From: Rebecca billardiae RCC1528 | Taxonomy: Eukaryota > Protista > Haptophyta | Length of the DNA: 64,000 nt | Direction: 5' to 3' | Assembly: GCA_965240325.2 (NCBI GenBank) | Contig: OZ251225.1 | Span: forward strand, 2,294,001 to 2,358,000 | Part shown: in pieces, positions 45,476 to 55,028 of the stretch | How positions within the stretch are numbered: position 1 is the first letter of the stretch | How the letters are laid out: the number at the start of each line of letters is the position of its first letter | Made by a program: the position numbers and the translations under genes | Notes under the pieces: generated by a model | Database searches by the model: none | What the model was told of the DNA's origin: nothing | Seen by the model: only the letters and a program-made list of their open reading frames with translations

Positions 45476-45675
45476 GACCAATTCTATGATTTAAAGACAC
45501 CTGCAGGCACGAGGGCGCAGCTCTCCTGATTCGTCTGTCGAAGTACTGATTGGAGACAGAGGGTGTTGAGCGCGTTGGCCGCGGGTGAGGACCTAGTCGT
45601 CGCCGATGCTCGGATCACACGGAGGCAGTAGGTGCCCAGGGATGCCGCTGAAGTATTTGCAGTCGTCGCCGGCCT
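45476..45675 (-). repeat. Dispersed repeat family, conserved terminus (copy 2, ~200 bp)
   Basis: The reverse complement aligns with 52611-52810, including CAGTACTTCGACAGACGAATCAGGAGAGCTGCGCCCTCGTGCCTG..GTGTCTTTAAATCATAGAATT. Confidence 0.9.
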
Positions 45676-46550
45676 GAAAAGTACCGTTGGTGGCACTTCG
45701 CCGAATAAAAATTGGTACGGTTGGTGGCAGGACCGTTGGCCTGGCACTCCAGCCCAAATTTGGGCCCGTTGGTGAGAGTGGCAGTCGGCCGTGCGGCCGA
45801 AACTTTCGCGCCTTCGCCGCGGGCGAGAAGGCCGGCGAGCAGGCCGGCACGCTGCGTTGGACGTGCGCGGCTCGCGCGCACGCGCGAGTGCAGGCCGTGT
45901 GTCAGTGGGCGCAGACTCAGCACGGCCGTGCGCGCCATGTCGCGTGCCGCCGCCGTGCATGGCGCTCGCACAGCGCCACCATCGCGCCGTCACATGCGAA
46001 AGCAGGGCGGCGGCGCGGTGCGGTGGTGGCGCGCGCCGGGTTGCGCGCACCGCCCCGTGGCAGTGTACGCGGTGGGTGGCGACGCGCGTGGCCCTTGCGA
46101 GGCGCGCAGCCGCGCGCTCCGTGAACGCGCCGCGATTGCGCGCGCGCACGGCCGTGCTGCGGCGCTGCGGCCCCACAGGGCTGTGCGCATTGCGTAATGG
46201 TGGCGGTCTGAACAATATTCGGCGTAGTGGTCAGTTAAATTCGTTCCGCTTCGGCGACTTTTATTTTCCCCCGATGAGCGCACCATCAATTTGACCCAAA
46301 CCTGCGTACGTAGCTACTCCACCATGACCAGCCACCGACCAAGTAGGCGACGACATCATCCACCAGCTGCTGAACAAGTAGGGGACGGCCTTGCCGACAG
46401 CCAACATGCTCACTCGCCGCCTTGGATTTGGTACCCATGCACCGTTCCTGGCGGGCCTGACTACGTCGACGACGACAACAACATCCACCATGGCGACCAA
46501 CATCAACGTGCTCACACCACTGCCACTGCTGCAAGCTTCGACCATTACCA

Positions 46551-46618
46551 CGACAGACGAATCAGGAGAGCTGCGCCCTCCGGTGCCTGTGTCTTTCAGA
46601 AATCATACTCATAGAATT
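46551..46618 (+). repeat. Dispersed repeat family, conserved terminus (copy 3)
   Basis: CGACAGACGAATCAGGAGAGCTGCGCCCTCCGGTGCCTGTGTCTTT..AAATCATA..CATAGAATT. Confidence 0.85.
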
Positions 46619-46823
46619 ACTACTGCTATGACAGTAGTGAAAAAAAGTCGTCGCGACGAAACGACCCGTGATGACTCCGGCGCCAAAATGTCACTCCGGC
46701 ATGCGCTCTGTACCAGTCGTGTGTTACCGCGACTGCCGACGACTGACGAGCGAGTGAGGACTGATGAATAAGGCATCGTCATCGTAAGCTACCTCCGCCG
46801 AGCACTCGAGCAATAAGCCGTAG

Positions 46824-47990
46824 CTAGCCGAGAGCTGCGAGGGCGGCGAGCAAGAGGCGCGCATGATGCCTGGGTACCACCTCCCAGCAATAATGAGTGC
46901 AGTCCGACGTCACGAGATCTATCTTGTACTTGCCGACGATGCGGTGCTCCAAGCCCTGGTCGTGTTCAGCGAAGACGCTCGGGATGACGGTGACGCCGCA
47001 GTCCACCGCGCGCTTGATCTCCATCGCCTGGACCTTCGCGTACTGCACGCCGTACGGCTCGACACTCGGCATGCAGCGCGCGAGGCTCAGGCCCGGCGGA
47101 GCTGTGGATGCGTTGCGAGTTCGCGGGGCGCCCGCGTACAAGCCGCTCTCGCCCTCGCCAGGGAAGTGCTGCGTGGAGGTCAGCCGCCAGAGCGCCATGG
47201 GCACGTCGTGTCCTTGTACCCACGCCCGCTGCAGCTCGCACGCGGCCCGCAGGTAGGGGCCGACAAAGTGTGACACGCCGAGGCCGTTGAAAATGACAAC
47301 GTCCCGGCGGGAAAGGCGGTCGCCCCGGCTCGTCCGAAGGGCGCCTTCCCGAGCCCCCTGCAGGTATAGCGCGGCATCGCGCGGCACCTCCATCTTGTGC
47401 CGCTTCTTCCACGTGTTGGACATCTCGATCATCATCGTCCCACCCCCACGCAGAGAAATCTGGTGCATACCCCGCCTTTGTGGCTCGGCCGGCTTCTCAA
47501 CGTCCACCACCTGCTCGCGCAGGGCGACCTGAACCATCTCGTACTGCTGCTCCATCAGCGAGTCCCCGACGAACACGACCGTGCGGTTCGCCAGGGCAGC
47601 GGCCAGCGCGCGCGCGTCGTCGGCGCGACCGAGCGAGCACCGATCCGGCGAGAAGATGCCAATCGTGTGCGTGTACCTGGGCACGCGGTGCTCGTAGCCG
47701 CAGGGGCCGTACCTGTGGCGCCGAGCCATGCGCGAGAACTGCTCACGCACGCGGGCCGCCGCGGCGTCCGTCCCCGTGCGCGCAAACGTGGGCACAATGC
47801 TGCCCCAGGGCTGATGCGACAAGATCGACCAGCTCCCGTTGAAGTCGGTCACCCCGGGCATCGCGATCACGGGGTAGCCCCTGGGGTCAGCAGCATAGCA
47901 TGGTGGCGTCATGCTGTCACCCCCTGCGGGGAGGAGGACAAGCGCAGGCAGCGCCAACCGCGCCAGCCCACCGCTGCGCACGGCGGACAT
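46824..47990 (-). CDS. TBL/PC-esterase (SGNH-like) polysaccharide O-acetyltransferase/esterase family protein
   Basis: N-terminal hydrophobic segment, NRTVVFVGDSLMEQQYE (GDS motif), C-terminal DCTHYC (DxxH motif); in-frame ATG at 47990. Confidence 0.8.
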   Translation of the reverse strand: MSAVRSGGLARLALPALVLLPAGGDSMTPPCYAADPRGYPVIAMPGVTDFNGSWSILSHQPWGSIVPTFARTGTDAAAARVREQFSRMARRHRYGPCGYEHRVPRYTHTIGIFSPDRCSLGRADDARALAAALANRTVVFVGDSLMEQQYEMVQVALREQVVDVEKPAEPQRRGMHQISLRGGGTMMIEMSNTWKKRHKMEVPRDAALYLQGAREGALRTSRGDRLSRRDVVIFNGLGVSHFVGPYLRAACELQRAWVQGHDVPMALWRLTSTQHFPGEGESGLYAGAPRTRNASTAPPGLSLARCMPSVEPYGVQYAKVQAMEIKRAVDCGVTVIPSVFAEHDQGLEHRIVGKYKIDLVTSDCTHYCWEVVPRHHARLLLAALAALG

Positions 47991-48348
47991 GGTGATCGCC
48001 GTTCCAGCATGCACTTTTGTTCGGCGCCGGACACACTGTTGTGCAGTTGGTTTTGGTGGGTCTCAGGCTGTGAGAACGGTGCTCTAGTTACTGAGTCTAG
48101 TACGTTGTCGCCTGCCTGAGCTGTGTGCGTCCCTTCTTCTTCAAAGTAAACTGCAATGCTGGAGGACGGCCCGAGAACGTCGCGGCCGGATCAGCGCACT
48201 GAACTACACAATACCCCATACATGCATGCACAAGATACTATGATCGCGCTCGGCTCCGCGCAGTGCCGCCTAAACTTGCTACTTTTCGCGGCAGCAAGTG
48301 GAGCCCCTGCTCTCGGCTGCCTGCGGCGGCCGCGTGCCCCCGCCGGCC

Positions 48349-49952
48349 TCAGCTGAGCGCGAGCTCATCCAGCACCGAGTACAGCTCGATGTGCTCGTTC
48401 TGCTCGATGATCCACTCCTTGAAGGGCAGCACCTTGTGCCCGCGCCTGTGCAGCGATGACTTGGCGTCATAAAAGGTGCACACGTACACGTCGAAGAGGA
48501 TGAGGAACATGTACCGCTCGAGGTACTTGATGCCGACATGCAGCTCCTGCGTCGAGCGGCAGCCACCGGGCACCACGCGCGAGCGTGCGTGAGTGGCGGG
48601 CGGGCGCTCTGGGCGGCCGCGGGGCGGGCAGGCGCAGCGCGCGTCGCGCCCTCGCGCGACGCACGCACCATGTCGCGCTTCTGCGGCGACGGGTGGGTCT
48701 CAGCGCGGTCCTTCTTGACGAGGATGTCGCGGCGCAGATTCTGCATCTGCTCGCACTTGTCGATCACGCAGTCCACGAACCGCTTGCGCTCCGCCCCCGA
48801 GCTGAGCCTGCTCACCAGCTTGACGACCGCCAAGTACTCGCCCCACTCGAGGTCGCCGCCGTCGATCTCGTCCTCGGGCTCGTCGGCGCCGCCGCCGTCG
48901 GCGGGCCTCGACTCGAGCTGCTTCGCCTGCTCGATGAGGCTGCCGGGCATCAGCCTGACGGGCGCCACGTCCCACTCCGCCGGGTTGAACAGCGGCCCCG
49001 CGATTGAACGCCACGCGATGCACGCGATGGTCATGCCCGTTGTCGTGCGGCCGCGGCCGAGTTGGCAGTTGAACACAAACGCTCGCTTCTCGACGGTCGA
49101 GCCCATGCAGCTGAGGATCGTGTCGAAGTCGGCCTCGTGGGGCGGCGACTCGTCGGTGATCGGCACGCGGTGGTACCGCACGCTGTACACGCCGTCCTCG
49201 CGCAGCTGCTGGTACAGCTCGCGCGCGGTGCACACCGTGTCGGGTGTGATCCCAACCTCCCAGTACGAGTATGACTCTCCCCACGCAGCGACCGCGTTGT
49301 CCATGGGCTTGGTCTCGTCGGTGACGAGCAGCGAGCCGCCGAAGCGGGCGGCCTCGGCGAGCACCTCCTGCTTCAGCACCGCCTCCGCCTGCTCCACGCT
49401 CGCCCGCGCGATACCCACGTTCTCCAGGTTCTTGAACGGACTGCTGCGCTCCTTTGTGCAGAACGGTCGGCCGTGGATGTAGATGACGGGCTCCTCGCGC
49501 AGGTTGAACCAGAGCACGGTCTCGCCGCGCTGGGCCACGCGCGCGCAGACGGAGCGCAGCCCACGCGCGGTCGGCGCGCCGAGCCCGTACACCGGCATGT
49601 TCTCCACCTGCCGGAAGTTGGGCGCGCCGTTGATCTGCTCGGGCAGCTTGGTGTTGTAGCACGACGGGAAGTGGTCGGCCTTGAGGATGGTCTGCCGGCG
49701 GAGCACCTGGCCATTGCGGATGCCACGGCAGACGAAGCTCACCTCCGCCTCGGTCGCGATGCGCGTCTTCGTCGGCGGCTGCAGGGCAGCCGCCGACGAC
49801 TCGTGCGTGCCGCTCGCGTTGGGCAGCGGCTCGAGGGGCCGCCCTTTCTGCCGGGTGCTTCGGCCAGCCCACGGCGCGGTGCGCGGCAGCACGTGCGCGG
49901 GGACCACGGTGGAGCTCACGTTGCCGATCGGTGGCAGTGGCGCGGCCGTCAT
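48349..49952 (-). CDS. Paladin-like (PTP-like inositol/phytase-type) phosphatase, single domain; intron 48547-48668
   Basis: TILKADHFPSC, GAPNFRQV, WFNLREEPVIYIHGRPF, YHRVPITDE, active-site VFNCQLGRGRTTTGM; the spliced C-terminus reads KYLERYMFLILF. Confidence 0.88.
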
Positions 49953-50389
49953 CGCGTTCCCCGCGTATGACGCGCCCGGGCGGAGCGGGCGGCGCTCCCC
50001 GCGTCTGCTTGGGGACGTCCTCGGACGCGTGAGATGCGCCGAGCAGCAGGGGACACCCTTGCGTAACGGGATGTTGGTGATTAAAAAACGACGCGAACGG
50101 ACGAAATCTCCTGCACGCAGCAATCATTCTGGTGGAGATCTCTTGGCGCGCTGTCAAATGGCGGTCTCACCACGTACATATGCAGTAGACACGGGCAGGC
50201 TCAGGTTGTCAACCGCATGCCGACAAGCCGCACTGATGTTTCAGCCGGCCCGGGCAGCGCTGTGCGGCGGGCCACTACATAAGACTGGTCCATACACTGA
50301 TCGTAGCAGTCCCGCCTGTGCCGGCCTGTCGTGAAGCCTGTTGTCTCGGTTGACCCGCGGCTCCGGCTCACGGCTGCCCGTGGCGAGTC

Positions 50390-51551
50390 TCACGTGGCCT
50401 CGTTCAGCCCCGCGGGCAGGTGCGTGACGTACGCGGCCGGCACCGCCTCCGTGAGGGCCGGCTGCCCTTGCTCCAGGTCGATGGCGTCGAACGCGAGCAC
50501 GTAGTGACCCCTCCCAGCTGCCTCGTCGGGCGCCTGCACCACGGTGGCGCGGCAGAAGCGCGACGTGGACGGGTAGAGTGCAAACACGGCCGTGCCCTCA
50601 GCAAAGGTGTTGCGCGCCGAGCACACGCTCAGCGCCGGGAGCGCGGCGGGCAGCGGGTGGACGAACTTGGAGGTGATCGTGTGCACCCTGCGCCGCACGG
50701 CGCGGGTCAGGTAGGCAGGCACGCGCCAGCACGGGATGCAGTCAGCGTGGGGTAAGCAGCGTGGCACATCGCCCCGAGGCGACGCGGCCGTCGGGGCGCT
50801 CAGGGGAGGCGCCGGCCGCGCGTGCGCACACGCACCTGCCAGACTCCGTGCCGTCGTCCGCGCGAAGGATGTACTTGCTCTTCGCCGGCATGTATCGCGT
50901 GACGAGCGTCAAGACCCACTGCTGCGGGAGCACCTTTGGCCCCGAGACGCGCGCGATCACCCGTGCGCCGACCGCATGCACCGCGCCGCTCGGAGGCGGC
51001 ACGGCGCCGCACAGAGGCTCCTCCGCCTCGGCGCCAGAAGCCTCGGGCAGCTCCACGTCGGGGTAGTGCGAGGACGACACGGCGGCGGGCAGCTTGGGGT
51101 CGGCCTCAGAGGTGCGTGCCTTCTTCGCCTTGGGCCCATTCCCTCCCGCGCTCGACGGCATGCTGCTCGTGCCCGCGCCCGATGCCGAGCCCGCCGTGCC
51201 GTTTGCGCCGTTCTGGAGCGAGCCACTTCTTGTGCCGTTCGGCGAGCCTGCGCGCTGGCTGTCGGCGGCAAGCAGGCCCCCGATGGAGCGTTTGGACGTG
51301 CTCGTGCTCACCGAGCGCAGGAGCGCTTCCAGGTTCCGCACGCAGCTCGACAGGAGGTGCTGCTCCTCCCACGACAGCTTGATCGCTCGCTCGCAAAGTA
51401 TCTCCAGCCGCTGCGCGACGAGCGCGTTGGGGCCGGACGTGGCGAGCTGCTCACGGAGGCGATTCACCTGTGCCGTGGACTCACCCGACTGCCGCAAGAG
51501 TCGGCTGAGGTCCACCAGCTTCGCCGACAGATCCGCGGGCAGTAAGCTCAT
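50390..51551 (-). CDS. SGF29: SAGA-associated factor 29-like tandem Tudor protein; intron 50688-50835
   Basis: N-terminal coiled coil, then GARVIARV...QWVL...KYILRADD and FAEGTAVFALYPSTSRFCRATVV...YVLAFD, matching the SGF29 Tudor pair. Confidence 0.78.
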
Positions 51552-51716
51552 GGCGCCCGCGAGATGCTCGGCGCGCGGGGCTCCCTGCCCGCCTGCGCTC
51601 CGGCCGCCGCCCGGCCTGCGCGCGTCGAATTTCGATCGTCCAACAATTTCCAATTGATGAATAACGCTCGCTCGGTCGACAAGCGCGCGAGATTCTTCTT
51701 TTTTTGCTTGGTTTGA

Positions 51717-52604
51717 TTTATTAGAGCCCACGGTGAGCACGTCGAGACCAACATCTACTCCGGCGGTGTGAACCTGATCTTCCTCCGCCTGCGTTTCATG
51801 CCCATCGACCCCGAGCACCCCATCTTCTTCGCGCCGCTCAAGCCGAGCCGCCGCATCGCCGGCGCCGCCCGCGTCCCACACAACCTGTGGGGCGTGCCGC
51901 CCGCGCCGCCTGTGCCGCCCGCGCCGCCCGCCGCTGCGCGCCGCCCTGCTCCTCAGCCGGCCGACCAACAGGCGGCGGACCCCGCCGGCCCGGAGGCGGA
52001 GGAGCCCGAGGGGGAGGGTTCGGACGATGCCATCCCGCCACCCCAGCCACCAACCGCGGCCGCGCCGTCGGACGGGCCCGAGGTGCAACAGGCCAGGCCG
52101 GCGCTCGGGGAGTCCAACTACCGCCTGGTCCTGCCCCCCGGCGCCGCGGCAGCCGGCAAGCGCGCGGCGACCGAGCCGTCCACGCCGGCGGAGGAGGATG
52201 GGCCCTCCTCCGCTGGCGGGAGCGACGCCAAGCCGGCCAAGCAGGCTCGCACCGCGTCCCTCGGCGACCCCCCCCGTGACCTGGCTGCCGCCGCGCCGCA
52301 GTCGCTGGCGTAGAGCCGCGCGCGGCGCTGGCGCGCCAGACGCGCCCGGTTGGGCAGCGCAGGCACCCTCAGCGGCCAGGACGACGACTTCCTCAACGGC
52401 AAGGGCGACGACTTCCTCTGCGGCCAGGGCGACGACTTCCTCAACGGCAAGGACGACGACTTCCTCAACGGCAAGGGCGACTACTCCCTCAACTCGGCAA
52501 GGCCACTAGGCCGCGCACACCGGCCCGGGCGACCACATCCACTACCTGCACTACGGCATCAACTTGAACAGCCTCGGACGACGACGACACGGGCAACTAC
52601 ATGA
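51717..52604 (+). pseudogene. 5'-truncated ORF of unknown function, with an in-frame TAG at 52311 followed by 8-aa repeats; probably the body of the repeat element ending at ~52810
   Basis: The frame opens at 51717 without an ATG (HGEHVETNIYSGGVNLIFLRLRFMPIDPEHP), has coding-like GC3, and ORF 52350..52604 continues in the same frame after the stop. Confidence 0.4.
52374..52493 (+). repeat. 24-bp tandem repeat x5 (G[KQ][GD]DDFL[NC]-like)
   Basis: GGC(C/A)AGG(A/G)CGACGACTTCCTC(AA/TG)C units at 52374, 52398, 52422, 52446 and a slightly diverged unit at 52470. Confidence 0.92.
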
Positions 52605-52610
52605 TGACCA

Positions 52611-52810
52611 AGGCCGACGACGACTGCAAAACAGCGGCATCCCCGGGCGCCTACTACCTCAGTGACCGTGTGATCAGCATCGGTTACGACGACTCCCTCA
52701 CCCGCGGCCAACGCGCTCCGACATCCTCCATTAACTCCATTCAGTACTTCGACAGACGAATCAGGAGAGCTGCGCCCTCGTGCCTGTGTCTTTAAATCAT
52801 AGAATTAGTC
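52611..52810 (+). repeat. Dispersed repeat family, conserved terminus (copy 4)
   Basis: Aligns with 45476-45675(-); ends GTGCCTGTGTCTTTAAATCATAGAATTAGTC. Confidence 0.9.
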
Positions 52811-53210
52811 TCCGCGGCCGCTGACCGCGGCCGCGACCGCGCACTCCGCCGCACTCGCGCGACAGGCGCGCTAACGCCCACCTCAGCCTCAGGCTCAGCA
52901 CCTGGGCGGGGCGGAGGACAGCAGCTCAGCCGCTCGCGCCGTCACGCGGGAGGCCCAACGCCGAGGTTCAGGACATCACCTCGAAAGCTAGCACGCCTCT
53001 TGGACGTGCACAACGGTCTGACTGTCCGACACCACAGACCAAGCCCCGTGTCAGCGAAAACACTTGGCGCCGCGTCATTTCGCAGCACCGGAGCACGTGA
53101 AGCCTGGTCCGAGTTGGCGTTGCCCGTTGACAGCAGTCACGGCATCAGCGCACGGCTCGTTTCAATCCGAACAAGCCTTGTGCGCGGCGATGGCGTGGCA
53201 GCGGCCACGC

Positions 53211-54633
53211 TCAGTCGTTTCGGCGTAGGCGGATGAGCGCGCCCTTCACAGTCTCGTAGGTCGTCTGCGCGGCACGGGAAGGATCGCATGGCGGCGCGCG
53301 CGCGACGGTGTGGCGTCAGGCGCGGCGCATGCAGCGCGGCGAGCGGCAGGGGAGCGCGCGCGCACCCAGCTGATCGCCACGGACGGAGCGTGGTACAGGA
53401 CCCGCGGCCCCACACCCCTCGCGAACGCCCAGATGCCTTCCTCCGCGTGCACGCGCTGCAGCGTCTGCGCGAGGCCTGTGTAGAGCCGCGCGGGCGCGGC
53501 GAGCGGGGCGCCGCCTGGCACCGCGCGGCTCGTGTCTGTCGAGCACGCCGTCGGCAGCTGGCGCACGAATTTGCGGGGCAGGCGGTTCGCCGCGCTGAGC
53601 GCCGCGCGCTCGACCGAGCTCGCAGGACGCAGCGCGCTCCCGCCGCTCGCGACCCCGCCGCTCGCCGCACCGCGAGCGCCGGAACCGACCGGCGCGGCCG
53701 CCGGCGCGGCCGGCGCGGCAGGCTGCTCCCCCAGGTTCTGAGTCTGCAGCCGCGTCTTCGCCACGTCGAGGGGGTTGGTCAGCGCCGCGGCGACCATGCC
53801 CGCGCCGGCGCCCGAGAGCATGTACGTCGACGTCGTGTGCTGCCCGTCCGGGCGCAGCGCGTTGCGCAGCCACTCGTTCGTCGCGCCCATCACGAGAGCG
53901 TACGGCATGTTCATCAGGAGCGTGACGCCAAACGACACGTACAGAGCGCGCCAGCCCTCGGCGGCGAGGATGTGGCGCGTGCAGTCGAGCATGCCCGCGT
54001 GGTGGCCGAGCTGGAGCCGCTGCTTCACCACGTCCATCGGCGTCATGATCGCGTCGTGCACGAGCGTCGCAGTCGCGACCGCGACCGCGCTGCCGACCGG
54101 GTGGTTGGGCCGGCCGGCCAGCTCGCTCAGCTGCGCCTTGGACGACTCGTACACGGAGAAGTAGGCGGCGTGCGCCGGCACGCAGCCCACGAACATCGTG
54201 GCCGCGCCCTTCCACGGCGCGCACAGCCCCTCGGCCAGCAGCCGCCTCGTGCACGCCCCGAGCGTCGCGTCGCACGAGCTGGCCGAGCACGTGGCCGGTC
54301 GGGCCTGTAACCGCGTCTGCGCGCGCACACGGGCGTTCAGGGCGCGGGAGACACGCGTCAGGTGCCAGGCGCGCAGCGCCGATCGGCCAGGCACAGGACG
54401 CCTCACGCAGTGCCAAGGTCGTCGTTCACGCCACAGCGCCCATGTCCCCCCCCCCACAACCCTCATCCACCTGACGCGCGGTGGGCGCTGTCAGAACCGC
54501 AAAGGGGGCGCACCTTGATGGTGTCGACTGGGTACATGACCACGTGCTCGCCGAGACCAGCGCAGCTGCCCGCGACCATGTGCTCGGCGAACGTCCCCTG
54601 CGAGGGATCCCATTCGTCGTGGTCGGCCTCCAT
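53211..54633 (-). CDS. Mitochondrial carrier, mitoferrin (MRS3/MRS4, SLC25A37/28)-like; introns 54317-54513 and 53265-53365
   Basis: HMVAGSCAGLGEHVVMYPVDTIK|TRLQ, GCVPAHAAYFSVYE, HDAIMTPMDVVKQRLQ, TNPLDVAKTRLQTQ, APSVAISW|TTYE: three carrier signatures with the mitoferrin-typical His residues. Confidence 0.9.
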
Positions 54634-54962
54634 GGCTCGCGCCCGTGGATATTCCCGCGGCAACGAGGACACGGAGCAGACCGTCACAGCCAACGGCGCA
54701 CGCGCTGGCTGACGCCTCGCGCTCGCCAGTGCCACCTGGTCGTCAAAGATTCCGATTCGCTGCTTCTGTGTTCTGTCTGTCCCGGTGGCCAATCGCGGTC
54801 CGCCGAGTCACCGCCGCTGCTCGCGATCCGATAATATTCGGTCAGGCTCGCGGCTCCGGCTTGCCGAGCCTGTCATTATCATATTGCCGCGCGCTTTGCA
54901 AATTGCCGAAGTGGCTCTGCTCTCCAGCTCGCAGCATGGCGGCGTGCGTTCGTGGGCACACT

Positions 54963-54974
54963 TTTCGCGCCAAA
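54963..54974. promoter_or_regulatory. Overlapping double E2F site in the bidirectional mitoferrin/CDC6 promoter
   Basis: TTTCGCGCCAAA contains TTTSSCGC on both strands, 55 bp upstream of the CDC6 ATG. CDC6 is an established E2F target in animals and plants. Confidence 0.6.
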
Positions 54975-55028
54975 GCGCCGCGAGCTCGGGTCCGTTGGCG
55001 CCAATTGCGCGGGAGACGCGTGCGCACG

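Noticed and set aside
52374-52493. Short repeats here and at 12146 and 3124 as a possible CRISPR array
   Set aside because: Tandem units without unique spacers, no cas genes, eukaryotic context.
52601-52795. Small ORFs ending PSCLCL (also 12097-12324) as CaaX-type peptides
   Set aside because: The shared ending simply reflects the repeat terminus; copies 2 and 3 have indels that break this frame.
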